Origin: an uncultured Bacteriovoracaceae bacterium
GTDB lineage: Bacteria > Bdellovibrionota > UBA1018
NCBI GenBank assembly: GCA_964364175.1
Contig: CAYILR010000002.1
Coordinates: forward strand, 69,357 to 133,356
Direction: 5' to 3'
DNA: 64,000 bases
Shown one piece after another: positions 1 to 9,280 of the stretch. Every line of letters begins with the position of its first letter. Within the stretch, counting starts at the first letter, position 1. Below the pieces are notes generated by a model. The model ran no database searches. It was not told the DNA's origin and saw only the letters and a list, made by a program, of their open reading frames with translations. Position numbers and translations under genes: made by a program.

Positions 1-495
1 GAGCTTGTTGAACTTTGTGGATATAGCGTGGGCGACGTCAATTCATCACTCGCCTATGGGGCATTGCTTATCGAAGAAGGGGCAAAAGAAGACGGCAAAA
101 AAATTATGTTAACTGCTCTTAAAAAAGCACCTCCAGATTACTACACTCTTGCACGGATCGGACGACTGTTACAGGAAGTTGGACTTGATGAATTTGCTGA
201 TGAAGCTCTGAGTAAATCCATTGAATTGAGGCCTAACGCATTTTTACATTACGACTATGTTGGAAGTATTTATCTTAGCGCGAATCGACACAAAAAAGCT
301 CAAACTAATTTTGAAAAAAGTCTGCTTGTAAAACCATATCTTCGACACATTCAAGCGAAATATTTGTATTCTAGATTGCCGACCAAATTTAGGGATAGTG
401 GAATTTTTGGAGTTGCCGAAGATATTCCGCTAGTCTTTCAGAGAAGGCAGGATTTCTATCACGATTTGGGATTGACTAATAAACCGAATTTTTAG
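1..495 (+). CDS. TPR-repeat protein, C-terminal part (reading frame open from base 1, so the 5' end is truncated by the window edge)
   Basis: Frame 1 is open from position 1 with no upstream stop. The translation has TPR-like helical repeats (AYGALLIEEG...ALSKSIELRPNAF...YDYVGSIYL). Confidence 0.55.
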   Translation, partial: ELVELCGYSVGDVNSSLAYGALLIEEGAKEDGKKIMLTALKKAPPDYYTLARIGRLLQEVGLDEFADEALSKSIELRPNAFLHYDYVGSIYLSANRHKKAQTNFEKSLLVKPYLRHIQAKYLYSRLPTKFRDSGIFGVAEDIPLVFQRRQDFYHDLGLTNKPNF

Positions 496-529
496 TCTCA
501 TTCACAAAAAGCAAGTTAAGCAGTAAAAA

Positions 530-558
530 TTGACATTTTTTTTTGACTTCAGTATGGT
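530..558 (+). promoter_or_regulatory. candidate sigma70-type promoter (TTGACA, 17-bp spacer, TATGGT)
   Basis: TTGACA at 530-535, then a 17-bp T-rich spacer and TATGGT at 553-558, directly upstream of ATG 567. The short distance to the ATG and the weak -10 keep confidence low. Confidence 0.25.
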
Positions 559-566
559 CGGTTGAA

Positions 567-1808
567 ATGGTTACCTTGGTTAAAAAAGCTCTAAGACGAG
601 TGCGTTACCGTTATCTACCTCGCGTTGCAGCAGCACTAATGTTTGTTCCCTTTCTTTTTTTGTTAGTCCCCGTGCTCTATGTATTCGAACTATTTAGACC
701 TGTTAGAATTGCAAACCTCGACAGCATGAGGGTGGGTCACTTTACAGGTCCGCTTGATATTTTTTTAAGAAAAATTGAACTAAAAAAAATCCGTAGCGAC
801 TGTTTTTACATTTTTACAAGCCCAAGGCCTGCTGCAAACCAAACAGTAATGAATCTATTCAAGAAAAAGCTGAATATTATTGAGAGTACATTTTTGTCTT
901 GGATTCACCAGACAATGCTTCCCTACTTACGTTACACTCGCTTTCATCATGACCTTTCATATGACTATTCCGCCTACGAAGTCTATGATAAGGGAACTGT
1001 GCCCGTAGCATTCAGTGACGAGGAAGAAAAACTGGGACAGCAAAAACTCAGGGAGATGGGCATTGGCCCCAATGATTGGTTTGTTTGTTTCCATGCTCGT
1101 GATGCTAACTATGTTTATAAATGGTTCAATCAGGCCGCTCATTCAGGGAAATATACGCAAGCTGATTTTGCATTTAGTGACTATAGAAATGAAAATATCC
1201 TCACTTATCTTAAAGCAATGAGGTACATTTCGAAGCAGGGTGGGTACGCTCTGAGAATGGGGGCAATAGTCGAAAAACCGCTTCCTCAGACCGGAGATCC
1301 GAAAATCATTGATTATGCCACACAGTGGCGCAGTGATTTTATGGACACGTACTTGTTGGCAAAATGTAAATTCCTACTCTTTGATTCAGCCGGACTTTAC
1401 ACAATATCTACTCTTTTTAACCGCCCAGTAGTGCTTGCAAATTATCTTTTGTCAAGTGTTCCAGTAGGCCTAAAAATTTTTTTCCAATATAAAAAATTTT
1501 GGGACAAAAAACAAAACGCTTACGTTTCATTTAATGAACTTCAAAGGCAAGGAGTGGCTAGTGGGATGAAGCATGGTGATTTTTTGAGGCACCTGATTAA
1601 AAATCGTGGAAAATTCATTAGTAATACTGATGACGAAATTCTTAATCTGGTCGTTGAATCCAACGAAATCTTAGATGGTGTGCGCACACCCAACGCTCCT
1701 GCACAAAAGGCAATACGTGGTTTTTATAATTCAGGTTACTCAAAATTCGATCAAATGGCGATCTTAAGTGGATTGTATTTTGAAAAAAATCGGGAGCTTT
1801 TCGAATAG
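567..1808 (+). CDS. hypothetical protein, possibly a glycosyltransferase-associated (GT-B-like) protein; the ATG at 567 is the more probable start than the TTG at 543
   Basis: Long ORF with no family I can recognise with certainty. It sits between a TPR protein and a GT-C-like membrane protein, and its moderately hydrophobic N-terminus suggests a membrane anchor. Confidence 0.35.
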   Translation: MVTLVKKALRRVRYRYLPRVAAALMFVPFLFLLVPVLYVFELFRPVRIANLDSMRVGHFTGPLDIFLRKIELKKIRSDCFYIFTSPRPAANQTVMNLFKKKLNIIESTFLSWIHQTMLPYLRYTRFHHDLSYDYSAYEVYDKGTVPVAFSDEEEKLGQQKLREMGIGPNDWFVCFHARDANYVYKWFNQAAHSGKYTQADFAFSDYRNENILTYLKAMRYISKQGGYALRMGAIVEKPLPQTGDPKIIDYATQWRSDFMDTYLLAKCKFLLFDSAGLYTISTLFNRPVVLANYLLSSVPVGLKIFFQYKKFWDKKQNAYVSFNELQRQGVASGMKHGDFLRHLIKNRGKFISNTDDEILNLVVESNEILDGVRTPNAPAQKAIRGFYNSGYSKFDQMAILSGLYFEKNRELFE

Positions 1809-1827
1809 CAGCTCCTTGGGATTTTTC

Positions 1828-3396
1828 ATGCTTATGAAGTCACAAAAATATTTACGCCCATTCTTGCTCTGTCTCTTTCCAATGTGTTTTTTGCTAGCTC
1901 TTCCTTCCATCATCAACTGGCGCGGTCCGTACTACCTGGGAGGAAATTCGGACCCGGATTACGCCTATCTTATGAATTCAATGGCGGTTCGCCATGGATT
2001 TCCACCCGGCCATTGGGATCACCCAGGGACCACAATACAAGGTCTGGGTGGAATCACGCTTCTGCTTGGACATTTGGGGAACTCAGCGGATCAAATTCTC
2101 GCCCAGGTTGTACACAATCCGGAAAAAATCATGCTCGAACTCGTTTGGACCCTTTCGGTCATATGTGCTGCCATCATTTTTGCTTCAGGATGGTTGATGA
2201 CGATCGCAACAGGCAACGTATCATTGGGGATTTTTTTTCAACTGGTCCCATTTTTAGTTCGGTCCACCTGGGTTCAGGTGGGGAGATTGACTCCAGAAAT
2301 TCTAACTCTATCGCTCACGATGCTCCTTGCTTCTCTCACTTTTCACAAGGTCTATAGTCGACGAGGCTGTTGGTACAATAGTCCCTATTTCCTGGGGGTC
2401 ATCACGGGACTCGTCCTAACCACCAAAATTACTGGCCTACCATTGATCATTTTGCCTCTTTATTTCATTCGCAATAATTTACGTGCCTTAATCAAATTCT
2501 CTGTCGGAGCCACACTCTGCGGGCTTTTAGTGATTCTCCCTGTCATCAACACAGCGATCAAAACTTTTGTTTATTATTTTGGGCACTGGATATTCACAAT
2601 TGGTACTCACCAGGGGAGTTATGGCGAGGGTAGCGGGATCAAGGCTTTGTCTCTGGAGACAGTCATTCGATCATTGGAAAGCCTTGCTATTTCTGCGCCC
2701 TTTTTAACCGGGACCCTTCTTTTTGGGATCATTTGGCTGATAGTTTTTCGTTATTCTAGGTCAGTTTTTTTAAAAATTCCTGAGAATAGACAACTGCTCA
2801 TTGCAACTGTTTTGGCTGGCGTTGGCCAGTTTTTGATGGTTTCCAAACAGCCCAACATCCGATACCTCATCCCTGGATTTGTGGCTCAAGGCCTCATCTT
2901 GGTGCTTGCTTTACGAACCTTTAAGAACACCTTTATTAGAGGCGGTTTGACTCTGACAGCATTTTTTCTAGCCATCTGGATACCCTTCGTAAGTCTCGGA
3001 GGAGCGGAAAATGAAAAATTACAACGTGATCAAGACCTGGCACTGATTGACTCCACTCTTAAATTCGCTGGATGTTTTGAAATTCCAACCTACCGCTCGA
3101 CTTCAGTGCCTTTTGCCCTGAGTTTTGGCAATAATTTTACAGGTCTGCGCTTTTCAAAAGCACTTGCAGAAGCCTACCCCGATTACCTCAGCTACAATCC
3201 AAGCGAAGGACTCCTCGATTTTGACAGAAGAGTTCTGAACCCAGAGAAAATAAAATCGTCAGGTCGAAAATTTTGTATACGGGGTTGGAAGTCAACCGTT
3301 CCCCCAAAATCCGTTTCAAATTTTATGACCTACCAAGAGATTCTCACTACTCAATCAGATGACTCTTTGTTTTTGGTTGAATGGAAATCAAACTAG
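1828..3396 (+). CDS. polytopic membrane protein, GT-C (ArnT/PMT, GT39/83)-like glycosyltransferase; start moved to ATG 1828 (the ORF track starts at GTG 1768, overlapping the upstream gene)
   Basis: Many predicted TM helices. Acidic loop 'GGNSDPDYAY' after TM1. Large size. Lies in a locus rich in polyprenyl-P-sugar synthases. Confidence 0.45.
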   Translation: MLMKSQKYLRPFLLCLFPMCFLLALPSIINWRGPYYLGGNSDPDYAYLMNSMAVRHGFPPGHWDHPGTTIQGLGGITLLLGHLGNSADQILAQVVHNPEKIMLELVWTLSVICAAIIFASGWLMTIATGNVSLGIFFQLVPFLVRSTWVQVGRLTPEILTLSLTMLLASLTFHKVYSRRGCWYNSPYFLGVITGLVLTTKITGLPLIILPLYFIRNNLRALIKFSVGATLCGLLVILPVINTAIKTFVYYFGHWIFTIGTHQGSYGEGSGIKALSLETVIRSLESLAISAPFLTGTLLFGIIWLIVFRYSRSVFLKIPENRQLLIATVLAGVGQFLMVSKQPNIRYLIPGFVAQGLILVLALRTFKNTFIRGGLTLTAFFLAIWIPFVSLGGAENEKLQRDQDLALIDSTLKFAGCFEIPTYRSTSVPFALSFGNNFTGLRFSKALAEAYPDYLSYNPSEGLLDFDRRVLNPEKIKSSGRKFCIRGWKSTVPPKSVSNFMTYQEILTTQSDDSLFLVEWKSN

Positions 3397-3408
3397 AGAA
3401 GAGAAGGC

Positions 3409-4794
3409 CTAACCAATCTTCCTCGCCACCTCATACCCCATCTTCATAGCAATATGTGTATTGACATAAGCAAACTGCCCTTGGCGACCAATCGAGTGGA
3501 TGTTTTCATACTGAGATAAACCAGTCAGTACCGTATCCAGATTTTTTTCATAACCAACCGTATAAATGGGATACCCATGCTCAGCATGAAACGTATGCGC
3601 CTCCAAAACATCGGCTGGGGTCAAAAGGTTTTCCTCATACAATTCCTGCAGAACTGTCTTGATCGCCAATTCCTGATTCTTCCAAATCTCATCTGTAGGC
3701 TGACATGTGATTTCAGCAACCAAGAGCGTGGCACCCGGAGGTTTAACTTCAACACTAAATTTTCCCAAATCCGTGATGCGGTTAAAACTCTTGTCTCTGA
3801 AATACATAAATGACGCTGGCAGTACCTCAGCCTTGTTGACAAGTACGCCCACAAAAAGAACACCTCTAAATTTCAGCAGAGCTGCTGCATCCAAAATCTC
3901 TTTTGAGCACGTGGGTTGGATGAGAGCTGGAAACTCGCTAATTGGAATGGTGGATATGAAATGATCACAGGCGAGTGTTTCTACTTCTGTAGCTGATTTG
4001 ACTTCAACACCGACACATCGAGAGTTTTGAACTTTGACCGAACGCAATTCAGTATTGAATTGCAAAACGCCCCCGTTGGCTTTGAATTCGTTAGCAAAAG
4101 ATTCGACAATCAAAGAGAATCCTTTTTTCGTCGTGTAATTCTCTCCCTCGACCTTCTCTACGTAGTCTTTCGTGGAAACTTCTTTTTTCTGATGACCAAA
4201 AATCATGATCTTGATCTTGTTGATCAACTCCAATAAATCGAGTTTAGGAATTCTTTGATTCGCAAACGAAGGAGCCATCGCGACAGGTTCGATTCCCCAA
4301 ACCTTGGCAATATAGTCCTTAAAAAAAATCCGATAAAGCACATCCCCATAGAGACGCTGGAGCACTTTCTCGCTGTTAATTAAAGCTTTTTTGCCTTCAA
4401 TAGCACCGATTAAAAAATACTTACAAAAACTCAATCCAGCTTGAATCACTGTCAACTTGGGAAGTTTGCTCAAGATGTCTTTGAGTGTCAGAGGAAATGC
4501 AAAATAGTTCCCCAGAAATTTAATCTGAATCGTTTTCTCAAAATGGATCAGATGCTTGCCAGCGATTCTTTTGACGTCCTCCATGACTTCTGGATCAGTC
4601 GTATGAAAAATATGAGGGCCATACTCGTAGGTATTGCCAGCGATCTCGATTCCGCCTGCTAGCCCACCCACACGATTGAGTTTTTCAATGATTGTGACTT
4701 TAAATCCTTTTTTTTGAAGAGCAATCCCGGCAGCCAAACCCGCACAACCGGCACCGGCAATCACTACTCGACCGGAATGGGCTTTGTCACTCAA
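3409..4794 (-). CDS. FAD-dependent oxidoreductase of the UDP-galactopyranose mutase / amine-oxidase fold (larger than canonical Glf)
   Basis: N-terminal Rossmann 'VIAGAGCAGLAAG'. 'YGPHIFHT' matches Glf 'YGAHIFHT'. C-terminal 'GRQGQFAYVNTHIAM' resembles Glf 'GRLAEYKYYDMHQVI'. 4-bp overlap with the upstream aminotransferase. Confidence 0.55.
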   Translation of the reverse strand: MSDKAHSGRVVIAGAGCAGLAAGIALQKKGFKVTIIEKLNRVGGLAGGIEIAGNTYEYGPHIFHTTDPEVMEDVKRIAGKHLIHFEKTIQIKFLGNYFAFPLTLKDILSKLPKLTVIQAGLSFCKYFLIGAIEGKKALINSEKVLQRLYGDVLYRIFFKDYIAKVWGIEPVAMAPSFANQRIPKLDLLELINKIKIMIFGHQKKEVSTKDYVEKVEGENYTTKKGFSLIVESFANEFKANGGVLQFNTELRSVKVQNSRCVGVEVKSATEVETLACDHFISTIPISEFPALIQPTCSKEILDAAALLKFRGVLFVGVLVNKAEVLPASFMYFRDKSFNRITDLGKFSVEVKPPGATLLVAEITCQPTDEIWKNQELAIKTVLQELYEENLLTPADVLEAHTFHAEHGYPIYTVGYEKNLDTVLTGLSQYENIHSIGRQGQFAYVNTHIAMKMGYEVARKIG

Positions 4795-5924
4795 ACTTTG
4801 GACTCCCTAAACTCTTTCAATGCGCTCAAAATCCGACTTACATCGTCATTCGTCATTCTTTGGTGCAAAGGAATGTTTAATCCAGTCTCATTCAGCTTTT
4901 CCGAAACAGGAAGACGATCTGAGCTTCCATAAATCGCGTTCAAGTGCAGAGGATGATATCTCAAGCTCGTGTAGATTTTTTTCTCAAAAAGAAAGTGCGC
5001 TAGCTCGTCTCGGTTCCCTTTTTTCAAACGAATCAAATAAGTAAAGTACGAATGTTTTTCGTGAGACTCAGCTTCTGCCGGAATATCCAACCAAGTATTT
5101 GCCCAAGACTCGGTTCGGAAACACTTACTATATTGATTCCAAATTTCTTTACGTCTGGACTGGAACTGATCCAATTTTTTGAGCTGCTCAATTCCCATCG
5201 CAGCAGCCATGTCGGTGTTCAGCATTTTAGGGAAAAAATCGTGAATCTCATACTCCCACCAGCGATTTTTAGTGGTCGTAGACTCAAAACCTGATTTGGC
5301 GATTCCACAATATCTCAGCTTTCTTGCGTAATCGAGTTTGGATGTGTCTTGGGAAAGCAAACCTCCACCTTCACCCGTAGTAATATTTTTGACAGCATCA
5401 AAACTAAAAATCCCTAAACTCCCGATCGCACCACAATGCTTGCCTTTGTAATAAGAATCCACCGCATGTGCCGCGTCTTCGATCACTGGCAAATCCAAAT
5501 CCATAATAGGATCCATATCCACGGGTTTTCCGGCATAGTGGACCACCATAACGGCCTTGGTTTTTTTGGTGATTTTGGCTTCAACGGTCTCTCGAGTCAC
5601 ATTGGCTGTATCCAGATCCACATCGCAAAAAACAGGAACTAATCGATTGAGTTTAATGGCGTTGGCACAAGCGATCCAAGTAAATGAAGGTAGAATGACT
5701 TCGGATCCTTCGGGCAAATTCAAAAGTCGCACGGCAAGCTGCAATGCATTGGAACCGCTGTTTAAAAAAACAAAAGAAGGAATCCCTGTCTTGGAAGCAA
5801 TTTGTTTCTCAAACTCAGTTGTCTCTTTCCCGATTCCGACCCATTGCTTTTCAAAGGTTCGAGCAACCGCACCTACTTCTTCCTTGCCCACGGACGAACC
5901 AAACAAAGTGATCATGTCAGCCAT
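4791..5924 (-). CDS. DegT/DnrJ/EryC1/StrS-family PLP-dependent sugar aminotransferase
   Basis: Family-typical 'PVIEDAAHAVDSYYKGKHCGAIGSLGIFSFDAVKNITTGEGG' block. Resembles WecE/QdtB-type NDP-ketosugar transaminases. Confidence 0.85.
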   Translation of the reverse strand: MADMITLFGSSVGKEEVGAVARTFEKQWVGIGKETTEFEKQIASKTGIPSFVFLNSGSNALQLAVRLLNLPEGSEVILPSFTWIACANAIKLNRLVPVFCDVDLDTANVTRETVEAKITKKTKAVMVVHYAGKPVDMDPIMDLDLPVIEDAAHAVDSYYKGKHCGAIGSLGIFSFDAVKNITTGEGGGLLSQDTSKLDYARKLRYCGIAKSGFESTTTKNRWWEYEIHDFFPKMLNTDMAAAMGIEQLKKLDQFQSRRKEIWNQYSKCFRTESWANTWLDIPAEAESHEKHSYFTYLIRLKKGNRDELAHFLFEKKIYTSLRYHPLHLNAIYGSSDRLPVSEKLNETGLNIPLHQRMTNDDVSRILSALKEFRESKV

Positions 5925-5933
5925 GGAAAACAG

Positions 5934-6431
5934 CTATAGCTTAAGCGTCATTTCAAAAAAAGTTTTTTCTTCTCGAATGGTTATAAACCCCTGTCTGAGA
6001 TACCAGGCCACGCCACGCTGATTCGACTTCAAAACCTCGAGATGAATTTGTGAAATCCCTTTGGACTGAAGTGCCATTCGTGTGGAGTCAAAAAAGGTCT
6101 TCATTAATCCAGAACCTTGGTACTCTGGGGCACCGCAAATCAAATTGAAAAGCTCCACATCTCGCTGAGTCTTTCCATAACGATAGCCCACACACGCTAC
6201 AGGGCGTTCCTGCAAAAATAGGATATATATCTGACTGTTTTTATCTAAGACGAATTTTTCAAACCAAGCCTTCTGCTGTGAGGAAGAAATCACTTCCTGG
6301 TAATGGAATGAAAAGCGATTTTCGTTCTTCCAGTTTCTTAAATATTCCAACTCATTTTCGGTCGCTGGTTGAACACAGAACTCTTTTCCTTGAAATTCAA
6401 ATTCCTGTGTAAAATCTAAGCTCTTTGTCAT
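5934..6431 (-). CDS. GNAT-family N-acetyltransferase, likely amino-sugar N-acetyltransferase (WecD-like role)
   Basis: GNAT core motif 'LFNLICGAPEYQGSGLMKTF'. Lies immediately upstream of, and co-directional with, the DegT aminotransferase. Confidence 0.7.
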   Translation of the reverse strand: MTKSLDFTQEFEFQGKEFCVQPATENELEYLRNWKNENRFSFHYQEVISSSQQKAWFEKFVLDKNSQIYILFLQERPVACVGYRYGKTQRDVELFNLICGAPEYQGSGLMKTFFDSTRMALQSKGISQIHLEVLKSNQRGVAWYLRQGFITIREEKTFFEMTLKL

Positions 6432-6444
6432 ATGACCTCAGCCA

Positions 6445-8058
6445 ATGGCCATCCTGTGGAAGCGGATTCAGTTATTGGATAGGTATAAATTATCTTTATG
6501 GCTTTTACCCTTCCTATTTTCATTTATTTTCATTCGAATTTACAATTCTTGGGATGTTTTCCTTCTCCCGCACGAAGGTGATGATGGAGGCTATTTTGCT
6601 TACAGTACAGCCCTGCTCCAAACTCACCACTTGAATTGGTGCGCGCCCGAATTTGCAGACAATCCTGGCTTTGCTTCCACCTGTCAGCAACAGGGCAAGC
6701 CTTATAATAACTACTCACCAGGTCCTGCCATCACACTTTTGCCGTTTCAGATTTTTGGTGTTTTGTTGTCCAAATTTGGAATTTTTACACCTACTCAAAC
6801 CAGTCCCTTGATGTTCTGGTGGATTATTGGAAGTTTTTTCCTGCTTTTTTTCTCCGTTTTACTTCTTTTTGAAATAGCCAATTTGCTAGTTAAAAATCGT
6901 TCTTATGCGTTTTGGACCACGGTTTTTTTTTCTACCGGTAACATTGTTCTTTATTACGTTTACCGAAGACCACTGATGGCTCATTGCTCTGAGTTTTTTT
7001 TGTTTTTCTTATCCGTTTATCTATTACTCAAAAACAGGATGTTCGTTTTGGGTTTGTCGATCGGTCTTTTGATCATCACTCGATACAACAACGCTTATTT
7101 GGGATTGATGGCAGCAGCGTTGGTTTTTTTCGCTCAAACCTCGCCCCAGAAAAAAATTCAAAATCTTACTTTTCTCGCCCTGGGAGTTTTGCCTGCGATT
7201 TTTGTTTTTTTCCTCAACCAATATCTTCAAACGGGATCCCTGATTTATAAAACTACTCAATACGGACCCGAATTTTCACTATTGGGAATGTTAGCCTTGC
7301 GAGCTTCAAATATTCGAAGAATTTTTGATTTTTTTATGGGACCTCACTGGGGAGTGTTTTGGTTGATGCCATTTTTTTTCATCGAAGTTTGGATACTCGC
7401 TAGAATTGCAAAGAAAAGTTCTTCTCGAATCTGGAAAAACAAAACCACTCTGATTTCTCTGATTTTGATTAATTTTTTTTATTTAAACATGATTGCCAAC
7501 TTGCCTAATCACATGTCTTACGGATTCAGAATTCTCATTCCCACGTATTGTACGCTGCACCTGGCATTTCTTTGGGTGCTCTCGTTTCAATCACCTCAAG
7601 AAGCATTTCCGAAAAAATATATCTTTGCAGGATGTGTGACTGCAGTGCTTGCGATTTTCAATCTCAATAACTTCGAATCCAACTCAGATACATTGACCCT
7701 GACTCCTCACCCATCCATTGAGGCTGGGGTTTACCGACAAGAGTTCAGAGACCGTGTTGTAATCGATGCCCCCAACTATGCATTTCACTCACTCAAGCAT
7801 ACCATCACCGGAAAGGCTTTGACCTCACTCGCAGTCACTCCACTGGCTGCATATCCTCTGATGGCTGTTGCAGAAAACCCAAGGATTCAAGGAAATGCCC
7901 TGGCTTCAAAGACATTGGCTTACTATCAGTCACCCAAAAGAAAAATCGAGGATCTGAAAGATCTGACTCTTTTGTTTCAGTATCAAATTGTTTTTTTAGT
8001 TTTTCTAATTCTGGGTGGACTATTTCTTATTTTGTCCAAAATCATAATCAGAAAATGA
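6445..8058 (+). CDS. polytopic membrane protein, GT-C-like glycosyltransferase candidate
   Basis: More than 10 hydrophobic segments. Acidic loop 'LLPHEGDDGGYFAY' after TM1. 537 aa. Confidence 0.4.
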   Translation: MAILWKRIQLLDRYKLSLWLLPFLFSFIFIRIYNSWDVFLLPHEGDDGGYFAYSTALLQTHHLNWCAPEFADNPGFASTCQQQGKPYNNYSPGPAITLLPFQIFGVLLSKFGIFTPTQTSPLMFWWIIGSFFLLFFSVLLLFEIANLLVKNRSYAFWTTVFFSTGNIVLYYVYRRPLMAHCSEFFLFFLSVYLLLKNRMFVLGLSIGLLIITRYNNAYLGLMAAALVFFAQTSPQKKIQNLTFLALGVLPAIFVFFLNQYLQTGSLIYKTTQYGPEFSLLGMLALRASNIRRIFDFFMGPHWGVFWLMPFFFIEVWILARIAKKSSSRIWKNKTTLISLILINFFYLNMIANLPNHMSYGFRILIPTYCTLHLAFLWVLSFQSPQEAFPKKYIFAGCVTAVLAIFNLNNFESNSDTLTLTPHPSIEAGVYRQEFRDRVVIDAPNYAFHSLKHTITGKALTSLAVTPLAAYPLMAVAENPRIQGNALASKTLAYYQSPKRKIEDLKDLTLLFQYQIVFLVFLILGGLFLILSKIIIRK

Positions 8059-8469
8059 AACGGGCCAATCATCCGGCTCTTCGGGAGTCCATGCGGGTGA
8101 TGGCATGTTGAGAATGTAGGCATCATTGTTTCCAATATTCACTAGTGCCGAGGGAACATCCGCCGGAACTTGAATCGTGGCAAATCCATGGTCCTCACCA
8201 CTGAAATATTCTTGGTACTCATTATTCACGCGGGTAACAATTTTGATATTTCCTTTGATGCAGGTAAAAAGACCCCATCTTTTCTTATGTAAGTGTGGTC
8301 CTTTAATCTCTCCCGGTGTCGCCACTGTGCAATACACCTGCCAAGGCCACTGATCTTTTTCTGTGAAATTTTCATGCCGGTTGAAAACAGGAATCAAAAA
8401 ACCATTTGGCTTACCTTCAATGTTTTTTGTCACGATCTTAGGATTAGTTTTGGTTTTAATTCCAGCCAT
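8020..8469 (-). CDS. WxcM/FdtA-like cupin, putative NDP-4-keto-6-deoxy-sugar 3,4-ketoisomerase
   Basis: Small cupin carrying 'KGPHLHKK', matching the FdtA/WxcM 'RGxHxHK' motif. Last gene of a GT2-aminotransferase-GT2 operon on the minus strand. Confidence 0.55.
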   Translation of the reverse strand: MAGIKTKTNPKIVTKNIEGKPNGFLIPVFNRHENFTEKDQWPWQVYCTVATPGEIKGPHLHKKRWGLFTCIKGNIKIVTRVNNEYQEYFSGEDHGFATIQVPADVPSALVNIGNNDAYILNMPSPAWTPEEPDDWPVSFSDYDFGQNKK

Positions 8470-8476
8470 AAAAAAA

Positions 8477-9280
8477 CTACGTCAACCTTTCTGAAACATG
8501 AGGAGGATGGGCTGAATCATACTTGTCGGGCAGAGCCTTGAGAAATACTTCCGAAGGTGACGTCAATAGATTAAATCTTACCAAATGAAATAGTGCGGCT
8601 ATTCCATCTTTCCAATTAATTTTCTTACCCTGCAGCTTGGTTCGCGGATAGTAGTGAATGGGCAATTCAAAAATACGTGCTTTTGTTTTGGCTACATATG
8701 CTGTGAGTTCAATCTCAATCCCAAATCTTTTGGATCTAAGATTCATGGTCTTGATTAAATCCGATTTAAAAACCTTGTAGCAAGTCTCCATATCAGTCAG
8801 GTAAATCCCGGACAAAAGATTGCTGAGAAAAGTCAAAAATCGATTCACAAAATAATGATAAGTTCGATGCACCTGCATCACATTTTGTTTAAATCGACTT
8901 CCATAAACCACGTCTGCTCGATTGGATAAAATAGGTTCCAGCAATAAAGGAATATCCCTCGGATCATACTCAAAATCTGCGTCCTGGATAATAATGATGC
9001 TTCCCGAAGCTTGACTCACTCCTTTTGCAATTGCACTTCCTTTGCCCTGATTTCTCTCTTGCTCAAGAAGTATGAACCCATACTGCTGCTGCTTCGTTCG
9101 CAAAATTTCTCGCGAATTATCCGTGGAGCAATCATCAATAAAAATCCACTCGCGCTGAATCGGACAGGGCGCTTGCATCAAATAGTCGATAACCTCGGGT
9201 AAAACACTTTCTTCGTTGTACACAGGAACGATCACAGACAGTGTGTGCAAATCACCTGCTGTATTTTTACCAGACTCCAT
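8477..9280 (-). CDS. glycosyltransferase family 2 (DPM1/ArnC-like polyprenyl-phosphate sugar synthase type)
   Basis: 'LSVIVPVYNEE' N-terminal signature. 'DADFEYDP' and 'VVYGSRF' motifs typical of GT2 DPM1-like enzymes. Confidence 0.8.
   Translation of the reverse strand: MESGKNTAGDLHTLSVIVPVYNEESVLPEVIDYLMQAPCPIQREWIFIDDCSTDNSREILRTKQQQYGFILLEQERNQGKGSAIAKGVSQASGSIIIIQDADFEYDPRDIPLLLEPILSNRADVVYGSRFKQNVMQVHRTYHYFVNRFLTFLSNLLSGIYLTDMETCYKVFKSDLIKTMNLRSKRFGIEIELTAYVAKTKARIFELPIHYYPRTKLQGKKINWKDGIAALFHLVRFNLLTSPSEVFLKALPDKYDSAHPPHVSERLT

Noticed and set aside
1884-2357. Numerous 60-160-aa ORFs nested inside or antisense to large genes (e.g. 1884..2357, 22316..22723, 36937..37323, 41122..41481, 35676..36005)
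   Set aside because: They overlap well-supported long ORFs in other frames, have low-complexity or Arg/Ser-rich translations and no motifs, and are best explained as shadow ORFs.
3409-4794. DprE1-like FAD oxidase partner for the SDR epimerases
   Set aside because: The protein has a Rossmann GxGxxG N-terminus and Glf-like motifs, not the vanillyl-alcohol-oxidase-type FAD_binding_4 fold of DprE1.
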